In this document: positions 22,571 through 35,819 of the stretch, in pieces
Position numbering within the stretch: position 1 is the first letter of the stretch
Layout: each line of letters starts with the position of its first letter
Assembly (NCBI GenBank): GCA_950097015.1
Contig: CATNEN010000024.1
Location: 3,100,001 to 3,164,000, forward strand
DNA from: Macrostomum hystrix
Lineage: Eukaryota > Animalia > Platyhelminthes
Direction: 5' to 3'
Length of the DNA: 64,000 nucleotides
Notes under the pieces: model-generated
The model's input: only the letters and a program-made list of their open reading frames with translations
What the model was told of the DNA's origin: nothing
Databases searched by the model: none
Made by a program: the position numbers and the translations under genes

Positions 22571-23621
22571 GGACCACTAGGAGGACGGGAAACTACGTTT
22601 CTTAGAAAAATATCTGAAGGCAGGTTTTCGCGAACAAAAAGACTACGGATCAGATGGTAAATTTTCACTTTTCAGATTTGAATGGTGACAGCTTTTGATT
22701 GTAAGCAGATACAAAGCTGTTCTTTTGATATAACTTACCTATAACATGTTGCTCTATCGAACGTTATAGAGTTTTCTGCATTAAAATTTGATCTTCTTAC
22801 GTTTTCTTTACTGAACCTATCAAGAGTCTGAAATTTAATACAATACAGACTAGTGTTGCATTAATAATTAAGCTAATTAAGCACAAATTAAGCATTAAGT
22901 TAATTTGCTTGACCTAATGCTTCTGTTCCTCCTGCAATTAAGTATTAATTAGTTGATATACGCTCGTATCATTTTTTTGCTATTTCTTCGTAGCTTTACG
23001 TCTAGAAAGCATGCAATGCTTATTTTATTTTATGTTTATTTATTCATTATTTTTTTATTAAGTACTTTACAAGACCTAAAGGCTTCCTAATAATAATTAA
23101 TTAAATAAGTTCATTGATTCATTTCTTAATTAAATACAGTGAAATAAATTTCGTGACTTTTTAAATAATGATTTTATGTAATTCATTGAATTAAATTAAA
23201 TAACTAAATATTTAAACATTAAATAATCATATTTTTCATTTCGTTAAACTAGGCAGAGAACTATAGTAAAAAAACGACAGCTACAAATTGTAACTTAGGC
23301 TAACTAAGAATTAATTAATAGCTAAAAATTAACTACAAAACATTGCCAGCGAATCGGGTCTTTATAAGTAAAAAAATCGTATATGAAGATCAGATTGTCA
23401 TGTACAAAACTAATTTGTAACATTCGGTAGAGCAACATGCTAGCCAAGTTATATCAAAGAACAGCTTTTTATCTGCTTCCAATCAAAAGCTGTCACCATC
23501 CAAATCTGAAAAAGTGAAAATTTCCCATCTCCGCGTAGTGTTATTTTTCTCGCGAAAACCAGCCTTCAAATATTTTTTTATAAACGTATAGTTTTCCGTC
23601 CTTCTACTCCTATAGTGGTCC
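22571..23621. mobile_element. Non-autonomous DNA transposon (MITE), ~1.05 kb, with ~200-bp imperfect terminal inverted repeats
   Basis: 22571-22770 (GGACCACTA...GAAGGCAGGTTTTCGCGA...GGTGACAGCTTTTGATTG...AAAGCTGTTCTTT) is the reverse complement of 23410-23621. The right end abuts TTAA and the interior is AT-rich and non-coding. Confidence 0.8.
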
Positions 23622-23814
23622 TTAAAGAAGTGTTCTAAATGAATTTTTCATCGTGAGCAATGCGGCAAATGGTCGTTTAGTGCTCTTCGATTCCAGCAAC
23701 ATAGGAAACTTCACAGTTGCGTTCCGAAGCAGTCGTTTAGGTCGGAAACTGATGATCTGAGAATGTAGATAATGATTAATTAGTTCATAAATACATTGCT
23801 TTATGAAATTCATC

Positions 23815-23990
23815 CTTCAATTACCCCAGCTGATGCTGGTACCTATTTAGTAGACTGGGTTTACTGAAGTAATACAGAGTAATTAGTTGTCTTGCTGAAT
23901 TAGCACACAAATTGTTCCAGTGGAGTCGGGAATCGAACTCCCAACCTACAAGTCGTGAATCCGACGCTCTAAACACTAGGCTAAAACCCC
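23815..23990 (-). mobile_element. tRNA-derived SINE family 2 (MetaSINE-like), 5' half
   Basis: Reverse complement matches 34155-34330: TAGCCTAGTG A box, GTTCGATTCCCGACTCCA B box, then CCCAG...AAATAGGTACCAGC. Confidence 0.8.
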
Positions 23991-24067
23991 TGCGAGGATC
24001 TGTGAAAGCGAGTAATTCATGTACTAAAATCCAACCTGAATTGACTAGTTGAAAATAGGCCTTGCAG

Positions 24068-24310
24068 TCCCACTCCTGAGCACAAGCACACCGTAACGTA
24101 CGCAGGCACACGCTCACACAGGTGTGTACATCTGCCCTGACGTCAGCGCAGGCAGGCAGTGTACACTCTCACTGTGCCGTGGAGGTTGGCTCTAAAGGGC
24201 GTCAATTTCACCACAAGCCCCCCAAATAAATGTCGCCTTGCCGCGGAATCAAGCTTCAAGGACCCTGGTGTGAGAGGCAAACGCGTTAACCGCTCTGCCA
24301 ATCACCCCCT
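24068..24310 (-). mobile_element. SINE family 1 copy lacking its 3' end
   Basis: Homologous head and body. Confidence 0.8.
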
Positions 24311-24401
24311 TTCCGTAAAAGTTTCCCATTAAACACGAGTATTGCGTCCTGTATATGAGATTTATTCGACCCTGGATTTCACAATCAGCAGAACTGTGGG
24401 C

Positions 24402-27400
24402 TCACTTTCTCCTTGGCGGAAGGAACACGCGCCGCAGCGACTCTTTGATCGCAACGGCGGGCCGTGATGAAGTCGACTTTGCCCGCCTGCGCTGACATCC
24501 AGGAGGCTGCAGCAGCTGCTGCTCGTCCCAGGTGGCCAGCGGTGCCGGTGGGAATGTCTTCAGCTGAAGCGGCGGCGACACATCGTCCACATTCATCGTG
24601 GACGACCTCACCGCGGTCTGGCGCAGGATGTCGCCGACCGAGTGGCAACGGTTGGCGGATCGGAGCTGGCGCGAAATCGCGCGACTCCTCGGGCCCATCC
24701 GGCCGCCCGTGGCAGCCGGCGGCACCATCGGTGCAATGTCAGGCTGTGTGCCCCTTCGCTGCTGCCCACCACCAAGAAAGTGGCGATGCTGCTGCTGTTG
24801 CTCCATAATCCCTGACCAGGCGTCGCACGATCCAGCGCGCCTACGAACGAAGCGGCCAAGACGATGCAGCGAGTCGCTGCTGCAGTCGATTGGTTCGCTT
24901 TTTCGCGACTGGTGCTGGAGGTGAGAAATGAGTTCCAGCTTTTTTCCATTGTTCTATTTATCTAATCCCACAAGCACTCAGGTTAGATTCAAGAAGCTAG
25001 GCTCTTACGCTGTAATGCTGCCCATGCTGCTGAGACTGATAGCACTGTTGAGGCGGGTGATGATGCTGATGATGATGATGATGAGGAGCCTGCTTCAGAG
25101 CCGTGTGAATCGACACGTCTAGACTGTCCAGCAGTCGGCGAAGCCTATCGATGGCGTCATCGAGAGCCAGGCGGTCTGGGTGCCCGACTGGCGTGTATGT
25201 CCGCAGCTGAACTAGCAACAGTAGGTAACGAGGCGTCCGCTGCACAGGTGTGAGCAGGTAGGCCGGCAGATCGAGGCCCTGGCAGCTGGGGTGTCGCTGG
25301 AGGCAGCGCAGGAGCCGGCGCAGCCTGCCGGAGCGGCTCTGGCATTTGCGCAGCGTGGCCAGGGCGCAGCGAAAGTCGTTGGCGTAGTCGCGGTACAGGC
25401 AGAGCAGCTCGGCGCTGTTGGAGTCCAAGAAGTTGAGCACCGCGCTAGAGAAACTCACCGAGTTGGCCTCGGAGCTAAGGCTGTGCTCCAAACTCTCGAG
25501 GAATGCGGAGTGGAGCTCGTGGAGTCTAGGCAGGCTTCTTGGAAAGATGAGGCTAAGGGTAGGTGAGAGATAATAGTCGATTATCAATTGCTTTTTGATT
25601 CAGCTAATGTCTTTCAGGTGGTGGTATACTATAGGCGAATACGCAAACTACGCGAATTAATATTGGCGAAGTGGAAACTGCGGTATGGAAGCAGGCTGAT
25701 CCACTGATTGGAGACTGGGGTATCGAAGCAGGCTGATCCACTGATTGGAGACTGGGGTATCGAAGCAGACTGATTCACTGTAAAAAACTAGGGTATCGAA
25801 GCAGGCTGATCCACTGATTGGAAACTGGGGGTATCGAAGCAGGCTGATCCACTGATTGGAGACTGGGGTATCGAAGCAGGCTGATCCACTGATTGGAGAC
25901 TGGGGTATCGAAGCAGGCTGATCCACTGATTGGAAACTGGGGGTATCGAAGCAGGCTGATCCACTGATTGGAGACTGGGGTATCGAAGCAGGCTGATCCA
26001 CTGATTGGAGACTGGGGTATCGAAGCAGGCTGATCCACTGATTGGAGACTGGGGTATCGAAGCAGGCTGATCCACTGATTGGAGACTGGGGTATCGAAGC
26101 AGGCTGATCCACTGATTGGAGACTGGGGTATCGAAGCAGGCTGATCCACTGATTGGAGACTGGGGTATCGAAGCAGGCTGATCCACTGATTGGAGACTGG
26201 GGTATCGAAGCAGGCTGATCCACTGATTGGAGACTGGGGTATCGAAGCAGGCTGATCCACTGATTGGAGACTGGGGTATCGAAGCAGGCTGATCCACTGA
26301 TTGGAGACTGGGGTATCGAAGCAGGCTGATCCACTGATTGGAGACTGGGGTATCGAAGCAGGCTGATCCACTGATTGGAGACTGGGGTATCGAAGCAACA
26401 TATTGGCTAATCAACCAATTGGGAATAGGTTCAACCAGGCAATGATTCTACAGTTCTCCACAAGTTTAATCCCACACGCAATGGTGCTGCTGAGTTAATG
26501 CTTTCTCTGTTAGTCATTTCTCTGTTTGCCTATGCAGAGCAGCGCCCTGATTTCTCTGAGGTCCAGGGCCGGAAGCTTGCCTGAAAAAATGGCCAGCCCG
26601 TGTTTGAAAATTGCACTCACAACAGCGCGAAGCAATTGTGCTATTGAAAGTGATCTTAAGCCAGTCGTTTGCATTTCCTCTCCCGTGGGAACGGGGTGTG
26701 GGATTAGACCAGGAAGCGAAGTCAGCGGACCTTAAATCCACTATTTTTCACGTTTTCGCTCGCAAAATGGCTAAATCCAAGATTAATAGCAGTTTTATTA
26801 TTGCTGTACGTAGCATCACCCAGTCAGGAAAGGCGGAATTCTCACAGAATCCTCCACCAGCTGTTCCTTCTCTCCCATTTCCAGTCTCTCGTTAATAATT
26901 GACGATGACTTTACCTAGGCCTAACAAAAACAGCCAGCCTATGAGGTGGCTGGTCTGTGTGGGAGTGGGGATGGGTGGGTGAGGTGAGTCAGCATAGAGC
27001 TTTGCTAGCCTAGCCGCTGTAAAACATCGCTAAATAAAGGTAAGAGTAAAGTTGAGCATTGTACTTGATTGACAAGCCCATTTAGCGCTTTGAGTCACCT
27101 TTGAAATGACCTCAACCTGAACTAGAGCTGAAATCAAGGCTCTGTGTAGTAACTCTTAACAAATCGGGTTGTCATTCTCACTGTCTACTTGTCAATCTAC
27201 CTGTATCTATACCTATCTACTACCTGTCACTCTCACCATAGATTCTTCACGCTAATGCAGGCGGATGCTTTGACAGTCTGTGCTAGCAGGTCAATAATGA
27301 TTCTTAGGCAGCAGCAGTACCGGCTCTCCGTTGTCACGATCTCCTGGCATACCCTTAGGCGTTGATCTGAAACATTTTAGAATTATTTTCTATTGATCAG

Positions 27401-28116
27401 TGCTTTTCGCAATGGATTTATCACCAAACTCAAGCTCTGCCTTTATTCCACCTGTCTCCTTGCCTCCCATCTCCCACCTGTCTCATTGCCTCCCATCTCC
27501 CACCTGTCTCCTTGCCTCCCATCTCCCACCTGTCTCATTGCCTCCCAACTCCCACCTGTCTCATTGCCTCCCATCTCCCACCTGTCTCATTGCCTCCCAT
27601 CTCCCACCTGTCTCCTTGCCTCCCATCTCCCACCTGTCTCATTGCCTCCCATCTCCCACCTGTCTCATTGCCTCCCACCTCCCACCTGTCTCATTGCCTC
27701 CCATCTCCCACCTGTCTCATTGCCTCCCATCTCCCACCTGTCTCATTGCCTCCCATCTCCCACCTGTCTCATTGCCTCCCATCTCCCACCTGTCTCCTTG
27801 CCTCCCATCTCCCACCTGTCTCATTGCCTCCCATCTCCCACCTGTCTCATTGCCTCCCATCTCCCACCTGTCTCATTGCCTCCCATCTCCCACCTGTCTC
27901 ATTGCCTCCCATCTCCCACCTGTCTCATTTCCTCCCTTCTTTGCCTCCCCTATTTCTTGCCACTGGGGTAAAGTTTCTTGCCCGCTTCACCGTTATTCCG
28001 TAAGAATCTGCTGCAGATTAAATGAAAACATTCTTGACCGGTTTTTAACTGTGGCCCAGAAAAACAGTTGTTTTCGCATTACCCAGTTCTGAGCTTGCTG
28101 AGGTAGTGTCTGGGTC

Positions 28117-28150
<34 letters not shown>

Positions 28151-31100
28151 GTATTTCTCTGCGTTGGCGAGCTGTGTTGAGACCGCCTTTCTGGCACCGT
28201 ATACCCGCTGTTGCTTGGCGATACCTGGGTTGCCATGCAGCGCTTGTCGCACCAGCTGCGGCAGGGCGAGTGTGACGTCACCGCATGCTGCGAGTTATGA
28301 AAAAAAACTAAATTATTATTTCAATGGGAAAATGTGATTTTCTAACATCTCACAGATCCTCAAGTAACAACATAAAGAACAGGATTGCATGTCAAAACTC
28401 TCGAGTGCGTGTCTAAGCTGCGCTTTCTGTTCTTGTTAGCTCCCACACAAAATGGGATTGATTTTTTCCTTTTCTTTCTCCTTCTCCTAGTTCGAAAAAA
28501 TAGGTTTCCGACGTTCTGCACCGCCTGCATTTGGTTGCGTATATTGGAAGTTAGTCTGAATTGTAAATCACACATCTACATCAGTACTCTCTAGAGTCGA
28601 TTTACAACGAGCAACGATTGTCAAGTTGCTAATCAGAATCTACAGAGAGAACGGGAGGAGTAGCTCGGGACTCATTTCACCTGCTCAATGCTCATTTTCT
28701 CATAATCAATGAAAGAAAAAGTAAGAGCTAATTTAGCAACACTGGGCTATACGCACTATTCACATGCATGAAATTTATGGCGGCAGCTAACTTACAATCA
28801 AAGGGATTGGGCCCTAGTCAAAGCAGTTTTTTGTTTGATATAGCCTACACTAAACCTTTTGGACACTTAGCTAGTGAAGCACTCTGAGTCTAATTAGTGG
28901 AATGCGAAAGGCAAAGGTGAGTTTGTAGTCCTGGGGTTAGAGCCTTGGAATTCTAACCGAGAGTTCGGTGGTTCGAATCTCAGCCCTGTAAACTGGGCAC
29001 CAGCATCAGATGGGTTAGAAATTCGCGTGATTATGACGACTTCCCCAGTCCATGGACTGAACAGCTGTACACACTGTATTCATTCTCATTAAAGTTCTAA
29101 ACAATAATAATAATAATAACAATTGCAGGAGGGCTGTGGGCAATGGCACATCATTTGGTGGCACTAGACCAGCAGCCAGCGAGGACCAGCATTTCGCTGA
29201 CTCCTGAGCACACACGCACACAGATACTGTACGCAGGCATACGCTAACACAGGTGTGTACATCTGCCCTGACTTTCTCATCGTCCGGCAGTGTACATTTA
29301 GCTGTGCCTTCGAGTTTAGCCCTCAAGGGCATAAATTGCACGACAAGCCCCCAAGCCTTATCTCAACGACTGCGCCCCAAACAAATGTGGCCTCGCCGCG
29401 GAATCGAGCTCAGGGACCTTGGTGCGAGAGGCAAAAGTCTTAGAACGCTCTGCCAAACAACCCCAAATGGTAAAAATGGAGAGAATTTCTCTCTAACTCT
29501 CGTACCGAAGGTCTTGAGTTCGAATACGATAAAAAATGAAACGATTATGACATTTTCTGGTGTGCCGAACTCACACTAGCGATTCGCTGGCCCGTCGTTT
29601 CGGCTGCTCGTCGAACTTTCACGTGACTTTCGCCATCGCTCGCACTGCCAGACCTGCTGCTGCTGCTGCTGCTGCTGCTGTCTGCATGAGCAAGTACTTG
29701 TAGTAGCGATTTCCCAGCAAAATCTGTCTCTACATCCTCTCCAGTTTTGTTTTCGACCTCCATCTGGCTGTCGAAGCTTCCACCGACAATGCCGATGCTG
29801 TCTACTGCAGGTAAGGCTAAAAATCAACGGGATTTGAAGAGCTATTTTTTAACGTATTTTAGGGTCGCGTACAGAGGAAGGAAAGGTAGAAAGAGACACG
29901 GCTCCCAGCAGTCTCTGATTGGACGCCATCCTTCCCTCAGCAAGGTGGGGCCAGGCACATAGGCTATCTGAGCTCCTTTCTCAGCAGCCTCTTACTGATC
30001 GCTTCAGCTTGGCTAGGAATTATGGGATACCTAGGACGCCATTGTGCTCCTTTTACTGACTCTCGCAAGTGATCAATCATGATAAGGCATTGTGTAACGC
30101 GGAATATTTTAATAATAAAATCCCAGCTTAGCCAGAATTGTACAATACCATGCTGTACAAGCTGTGGGGTTAAAGGCAGGACAGAGAAGAAATATCAAAT
30201 TTGATGTTGTAATGCATAATTTTTGCACTAATGCTAATCCTTAGAACCCTGCGAATGTAGAATCAAGAGAGACAACCTCCTTTATGAAGATAACTACTTT
30301 ATGATAAGCCACAGGTGGACTAAACGAGACTAGGGTTTTTTAATCCACAGGAAAAAATAGGTAAGCTCCGCTCCTCATTAACGGAAATCTATAGTTTTTG
30401 CCTATGTTGCTTCAGAAAATTAAATTAATTGCATCGCAAATTTAAATATCGGTTCTTTCATAATAACTCAATTTATGATTGTTAAAGTGCAAAAAATTAT
30501 CAAAACTGAAATTACACTAGATGGACTTCTACAGCTAGAACTTCTATCAATGGAAAATAGAAGCCATTGCTCAAAGCCAGATGCTAGCTATAGAAGTCCA
30601 TGGATAATAGAAGCCATTGCTCAAAGCCAGATGCTAGCTATAGAAGCCCATGGTTAATAAAAGCCATTGCTCAAAGCCAAATGCTAGATATAGAAGTCCA
30701 TGGATAATAGAAGCCATTGCTCAAAGCCAGATGCTAGATATAGAAGCCCATGGATAATAGAAGCCATTACTCAAAGCCAGATGCTAGATATAGAAGTCCA
30801 TGGATGCTTACATTTGATATACATTGTCCAGTGTGTTAGATAGAATTCTGTTTGAATAAAATCAAATATTATCTCAATTCAAGTCACTTACAGTTAACGT
30901 GGATTCAATAAGGGTTTATAACTTCACACATTGTCCTTAATTAACTGTCATAATCTATCAGATTCCATTGACGTCAAAGCTAGGACTAAACAAAAGTGCA
31001 TTCAAGTAAGCCCATTGTACTCTCATAAGCACAGAATCATCTAACAATGAAATAGTCATCATTTTCACAATAGATGCCAACTTAATATTATATCCGAGAA

Positions 31101-31306
31101 AAGTACATTGCTGGTTAGCGTGTCGGAGAGAAATACCTGGTTGACTGACAGCGATATCAGATGATTGGCAATCCACAGATATTGATCGGAAAATCGATAA
31201 TTTCGCAGCCGTTGGTAGTCCGTTTGAATTGGCGCTTGGCGAAGCAGAGTTATCACCATGGCAACCAACTGATGCACTGACACTTTTTGGTAACTGAGGA
31301 ATGGGT
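24402..31306 (-). CDS. Dbl-homology (RhoGEF) protein; exons 31306-31137, 29804-29575, 28287-28083, 27366-27237, 25552-25009, 24914-24402; 5' exon unresolved
   Basis: All five introns are phase consistent (1,0,1,2,0). The DH domain runs from RVCQEIVTTESRY to LDLPAYLLTPVQRTPRYLLLL...TPVGHPDR. Minus-strand AATAAA lies at 24366-24361, just after the TGA. Confidence 0.82.
25670..26397. repeat. 37-bp intronic minisatellite (GGGGTATCGAAGCAGGCTGATCCACTGATTGGAGACT), ~19 copies
   Basis: Tandem units visible. Confidence 0.95.
27440..27930. repeat. 26-bp intronic minisatellite (CCTCCCATCTCCCACCTGTCTCATTG)
   Basis: Tandem units visible. Confidence 0.95.
28925..29065 (+). mobile_element. SINE family 2, degraded copy
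   Basis: GGTTCGAATC B box, CTGTAAACTGGGCACCAGC, and CCCCAGTCCATGGACTGAACAG shared with 34338-34360. Confidence 0.6.
29100..29464 (-). mobile_element. SINE family 1, full-length copy
   Basis: Homology over the whole length, with an (AAT)n tail at 29102-29120. Confidence 0.88.
30555..30805. repeat. 50-bp minisatellite, ~5 copies
   Basis: AATAGAAGCCATTGCTCAAAGCCAGATGCTAG.TATAGAAG.CCATGGAT repeated. Confidence 0.9.
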
Positions 31307-31344
31307 CTGTGCGTAAGGTAGAAAAACAATAAAATTAAATTATA

Positions 31345-33345
31345 TATTTTTTTCGAAGCATTCACTATTCATTTCGGAGGATTCACAATTCAATTCTGAG
31401 GATTTACTATTCAATTCTGAGGATTCACTATTCATTTCGGAGAACTCACTATTCATTTCGGAGGTTTCACAATACAATTCGTAGGATTCACAATACAATT
31501 CGGAGGATTCACTATTCAATTCGGAGGATTCACAATTCAATTCGGAGGATTCACAATTCAATTCGGAGGATTCACAATTCAATTCGGAGGATTCACAATT
31601 CAATTCGGAGGATTCACAATTCAATTCGGAGGATTCACAATTCAATTCGGAGGATTCACAATTCAATTCGTTGGATTCACAATTCAATTCGGAGGATTCA
31701 CAATTCAATTCGGAGGATTCACAATTCAATTCGAAGGATTCACTATTCAATTCGGAGGATTCAATATTCAATTCGGAGGATTCAATATTCAATTAGGAGG
31801 ATTCACAATTCAATTCGGAGGATTCACAATTCAATTCGGAGGTTTCACAATTCAATTCGTAGGATTCAATATTCAATTCGTAGGATTCACAATTCAATTC
31901 GGAGGATTCAATATTCAATTCGTAGGATTCACAATTCAATTCGGAGGATTCACAATTCAATTCGGAGGATTCACTATTCAATTCGTAGGATTCACAATTC
32001 AATTCGGAGGATTCACTATTCGATTCGGAGGATTCACTATTCAATTCGGAGGATTCACAATTCAATTCGTATGATTCACAATTCAATTCGGAGGATTCAC
32101 AATTCAATTCGGAGGATTCACAATACAATTCGTAGGATTCACAATTCAATTCGGAGGATTCACAATTCAATTCGGAGGATTCACTATTCAATTCGTAGGA
32201 TTCACAATTCAATTCGGAGGATTCACTATTCGATTCGGAGGATTCACAATTCAATTCGGAGGATTCACAATTCAATTCGTAGGATTCACAATTCAATTCG
32301 GAGGATTCACTATTCGATTCGTAGGATTCACAATTCAATTCGGAGGATTCCTAATTCAATTCGGAGGATTCACAATTCAATTCGGAGGATTCACAATTCA
32401 ATTCGGAGGATTCACTATTCAATTCGTAGGATTCACAATTCAATTCGGAGGATTCACTATTCGATTCGGAGGATTCACAATTCAATTCGGAGGATTCACA
32501 ATTCAATTCGGAGGATTCACTATTCAATTCGGAGGATTCACAATTCAATTCGTATGATTCACAATTCAATTCGGAGGATTCACAATTCAATTCGTAGGAT
32601 TCACAATTCAATTCGGAGGATTCACAATTCAATTCGGAGGATTCACTATTCAATTCGTAGGATTCACAATTCAATTCGGAGGATTCACTATTCGATTCGG
32701 AGGATTCACTATTCAATTCGGAGGATTCACAATTCAATTCGTATGATTCACAATTCAATTCGGAGGATTCACAATTCAATTCGGAGGATTCACAATACAA
32801 TTCGTAGGATTCACAATTCAATTCGGAGGATTCACAATTCAATTCGGAGGATTCACAATTCAATTCGTAGGATTCACAATTCAATTCGGAGGATTCACTA
32901 TTCGATTCGGAGGATTCACAATTCAATTCGGAGGATTCACAATTCAATTCGGAGGATTCACTATTCAATTCGGAGGATTCACAATTCAATTCGTAGGATT
33001 CACAATTCAATTCGGAGGATTCCTAATTCAATTCGGAGGATTCACAATTCAATTCGGAGGATTCACAATTCAATTCGGAGGATTCACAATTCAATTCGTA
33101 GGATTCACAATTCAATTCGGAGGATTCACAATTCAATTCGGAGGATTCACAATACAATTCGTAGGATTCACAATTCAATTCGGAGGATTCACAATTCAAT
33201 TCGGAGGATTCACTATTCAATTCGTAGGATTCACTATTCAATTCGGAGGATTCCTAATTCAATTCGGAGGATTCACAATTCAATTCGGAGGATTCACAAT
33301 TCAATTCGGAGGATTCACAATTCAAGTCGGAGGATTCACAATTAG
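31345..33345. repeat. 21-bp minisatellite (GGAGGATTCACAATTCAATTC), ~95 copies
   Basis: Tandem units visible. Source of the NCESSEL and IHNSIRR pseudo-ORFs. Confidence 0.97.
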
Positions 33346-33994
33346 ATTAGGTGGATTACAATCCACATGAGATGTTGTCACTAAGGATTATAACCATGCT
33401 CAGTCAGATGTACTCACTCTGTGAGTTGAAGCCGTGGTCTTGAAAATCGACGGATAAATTTCTGCAAGAATTGAAATATCAACAGGCAGGCAATTATTGG
33501 AAGCAATTTTAAATGCAGCATGGCTGCTTTTGTGCAAATTTTTCAGAAAAGTTCTTACTGCATTATCTAAATAAACTTATTTTATACACACGTGCTGGCA
33601 CTAATATATTAGTGTTTGCAAACCCAGGGACAGCCAAGGCGTGAGTTACAGCTAGACATTCTCCACTCCACTCACCTCTTGTGAACCCGAATCTTACCTG
33701 TGCTCAGTCTAATTAACAGACTGTGTCATCACTTCAGCGTGCAGAATATGCAATTCCCTACCAGGTAATGCACAGGCATTCGCTCAGCCCAGAACCACTG
33801 CTTCTCTGTCAATCTTACTTCAGACCAATTTGACCCACACGCCAGTTTGTTAGGCTAAGGCTGCCGTTTTGACCAGTTAAATGAGTTAAACTGCTCAAAA
33901 TTTATTCAATTAACACCTGCTCAACGGCCAAAACATACTCTTATACTAATGTACTCGTACGTTCCAAGCTAGTTTAATTTCCTGTACTGGCATT

Positions 33995-34085
33995 TTACTA
34001 AAAGACTGTAGGATAGTGGCAGATTGTTTAAGGACTGTAAGATAGTGGCAGATTGTTGAAGGACTGTAAGATAGTGGCAGATTCA
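33995..34085. repeat. Short tandem repeat, ~30-bp unit, 3 copies (GACTGTAAGATAGTGGCAGATT...)
   Basis: Three direct copies visible. Confidence 0.8.
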
Positions 34086-34154
34086 AACTTACAAACTTAC
34101 ATTCAAGCTTAATGTCATTTTCATAGGGATGATACACGCGTTTCTGAGGTCATT

Positions 34155-34470
34155 AGGTTGTAGCCTAGTGGTTTGAGCGTCGGAGTCACGACTTAATGGT
34201 CTGGGGTTCGATTCCCGACTCCATTGGAACAATTTATGTCTTTTAGCAATATATTTTATTCTGCATTGCTTCAGTTCACCCAGCTGCTAAATGGGTACCA
34301 GCAATAGCTGGGGTAATTGAGGGTGGGTGTGGCGTCCCCCCAGTCCATGGACTGAACAGTCGTACTCAGCCTTCAGATTCACCGCGCAATGGCTGTGGCT
34401 GTGCTGTCGGCTGCAAATCTGACCCAATAGGGGCAGGTGTAATTAATTATTATTATAAATACTATTATTA
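34155..34470 (+). mobile_element. tRNA-derived SINE family 2 (MetaSINE/MESC-like central domain), full length
   Basis: A box TAGCCTAGTGG (34161-34171), B box GTTCGATTCC (34206-34215), central CACCCAGCTGCTAAATGGGTACCAGC, (ATT)n tail. Confidence 0.82.
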
Positions 34471-34599
34471 TACTAGGAGTACTTTTAGGCCTGATTATAT
34501 TCTAGTCATTTATGTAAACGACTGTACGTTATAGCCACAAATTCTAGACTCAAACAGTATACTCTACATTGTAGGAGCAAATCTGTGCCAGCTACTCAC

Positions 34600-34794
34600 C
34601 CTTGCGGTTTCAACACTGCTAGCCATGGGAACTCTGAGCTGCCAAGGTATAGACTCAGCAGCAGCAGCTGTGGTCTCTCTGTGAGCAGTGCGTGAAGGAT
34701 CAATGGAGTGGCACTTATTATATTTCTGTTGGCAACTAGCCCAGCTAACGCAAAAGGCAGCAAAGAGTGAAAATAACAGCGGACTGAGGACCAT
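34600..34794 (-). CDS. Possible first exon with a signal-peptide-like N-terminus (MVLSPLLFSLFAAFCVSWASC...), partner exons unresolved
   Basis: 65 codons from ATG to a GTGAGT donor. Its phase 0 does not match the phase-2 start of RhoGEF exon 31306. Confidence 0.3.
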
Positions 34795-35446
34795 AAAATC
34801 TGACAGAAACTGAACTGTAAAGCATTTTATACTGCGCAACAATTGCCTGAGATCTCTACTCTCAATATCCAGGCCAATCCCACACACATACCATCTGTTT
34901 CTCTTTCCCGCTGTCTTTTAGGAGACCCCAATCAAATACGAAATAGTGCACTATATTTTTGGCTCCATTTTGAGCAGTGAAGTTGATTCACTAGTGATTA
35001 AAAAACAATAAAAGGAAATAAAAAAAACTAAATTAAATAAAATTCGCGGTAATGTGTCTATAGTGGCCTATTTCCACCTGTTGTAGCCCTTGATGGTCCA
35101 GCTGCTCCGTCTAGATAAAGGTAGGTGGCCACCGAAGACGGAGATGATGCAGGCACATTCGGGTGACATGCTGATCAATTTTGAAGGCCTGGCAAGGTTG
35201 CACTGAGGCGCAGTGCTAGTTTGTGTATAGGGGTGTATGAAATAAACTAGCGCCTATGGGAAAAATCTGACCTTCGGCCAGAACCATTGAATATCTCGAC
35301 GGTCAGAAAAGCTGGCGACTTGATTCTTGTTTCAGAAGATGCGCAACAAGAAGTTGGCACTTGTTTTTGAGTTTAGTTTTCTTGCGTTGTTCCGTTCGCA
35401 TTTAACAGCTGGGTTGAACTGTTCCTCCGAAACAATGCAGAGTTCC

Positions 35447-35720
35447 AGTCAACTGGGGGATCATCGTCAACTGGGGGATCATTGTCAACTGGGGGATCAT
35501 TGTCAACTGGGGGATCATCGTCAACTGGGGGATCATTGTCAACTGTGGGATCATTGTCAACTGGGGGATCATTGTCAACTGGGGGATCATTGTCAACTGG
35601 GTGATCATTGTCAACTGGGTCATCATTGTCAACTGGGGGATCATTGTCAACTGGGAGATCATTGTCAACTGGGGGATCATTGTCAACTGGGGGATCATTG
35701 TCAACTGGTTGATCATTGTA
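35447..35720. repeat. 18-bp minisatellite (CAACTGGGGGATCATTGT), ~15 copies
   Basis: Tandem units visible. Confidence 0.95.
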
Positions 35721-35819
35721 GCTTTAAAAAAGCTGAAAATACAGCTGCAGAAAGTATATACGAGCCGCAAAAGACGAATTAAAATTATTTCTGCTCCCCG
35801 AAGGGGGGCAAAACTTGCT

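Noticed and set aside
25670-26397. CRISPR-like array (37-bp repeats), and likewise the other 29-56-bp arrays
   Set aside because: Units are head-to-tail with no unique spacers, no cas genes are present, and the context is a eukaryotic intron.
26480-26600. Extra RhoGEF exon (GKLPALDLREIRALLC) on the minus strand
   Set aside because: It hits a stop without a canonical donor. The DH domain is already completed in phase by exons 27366-27237 and 25552-25009.
34155-34225. tRNA genes at SINE heads (also 18663-18735 and 28925-28990)
   Set aside because: A and B boxes are present but there is no complete cloverleaf or acceptor stem, and each continues into a repeated SINE body.
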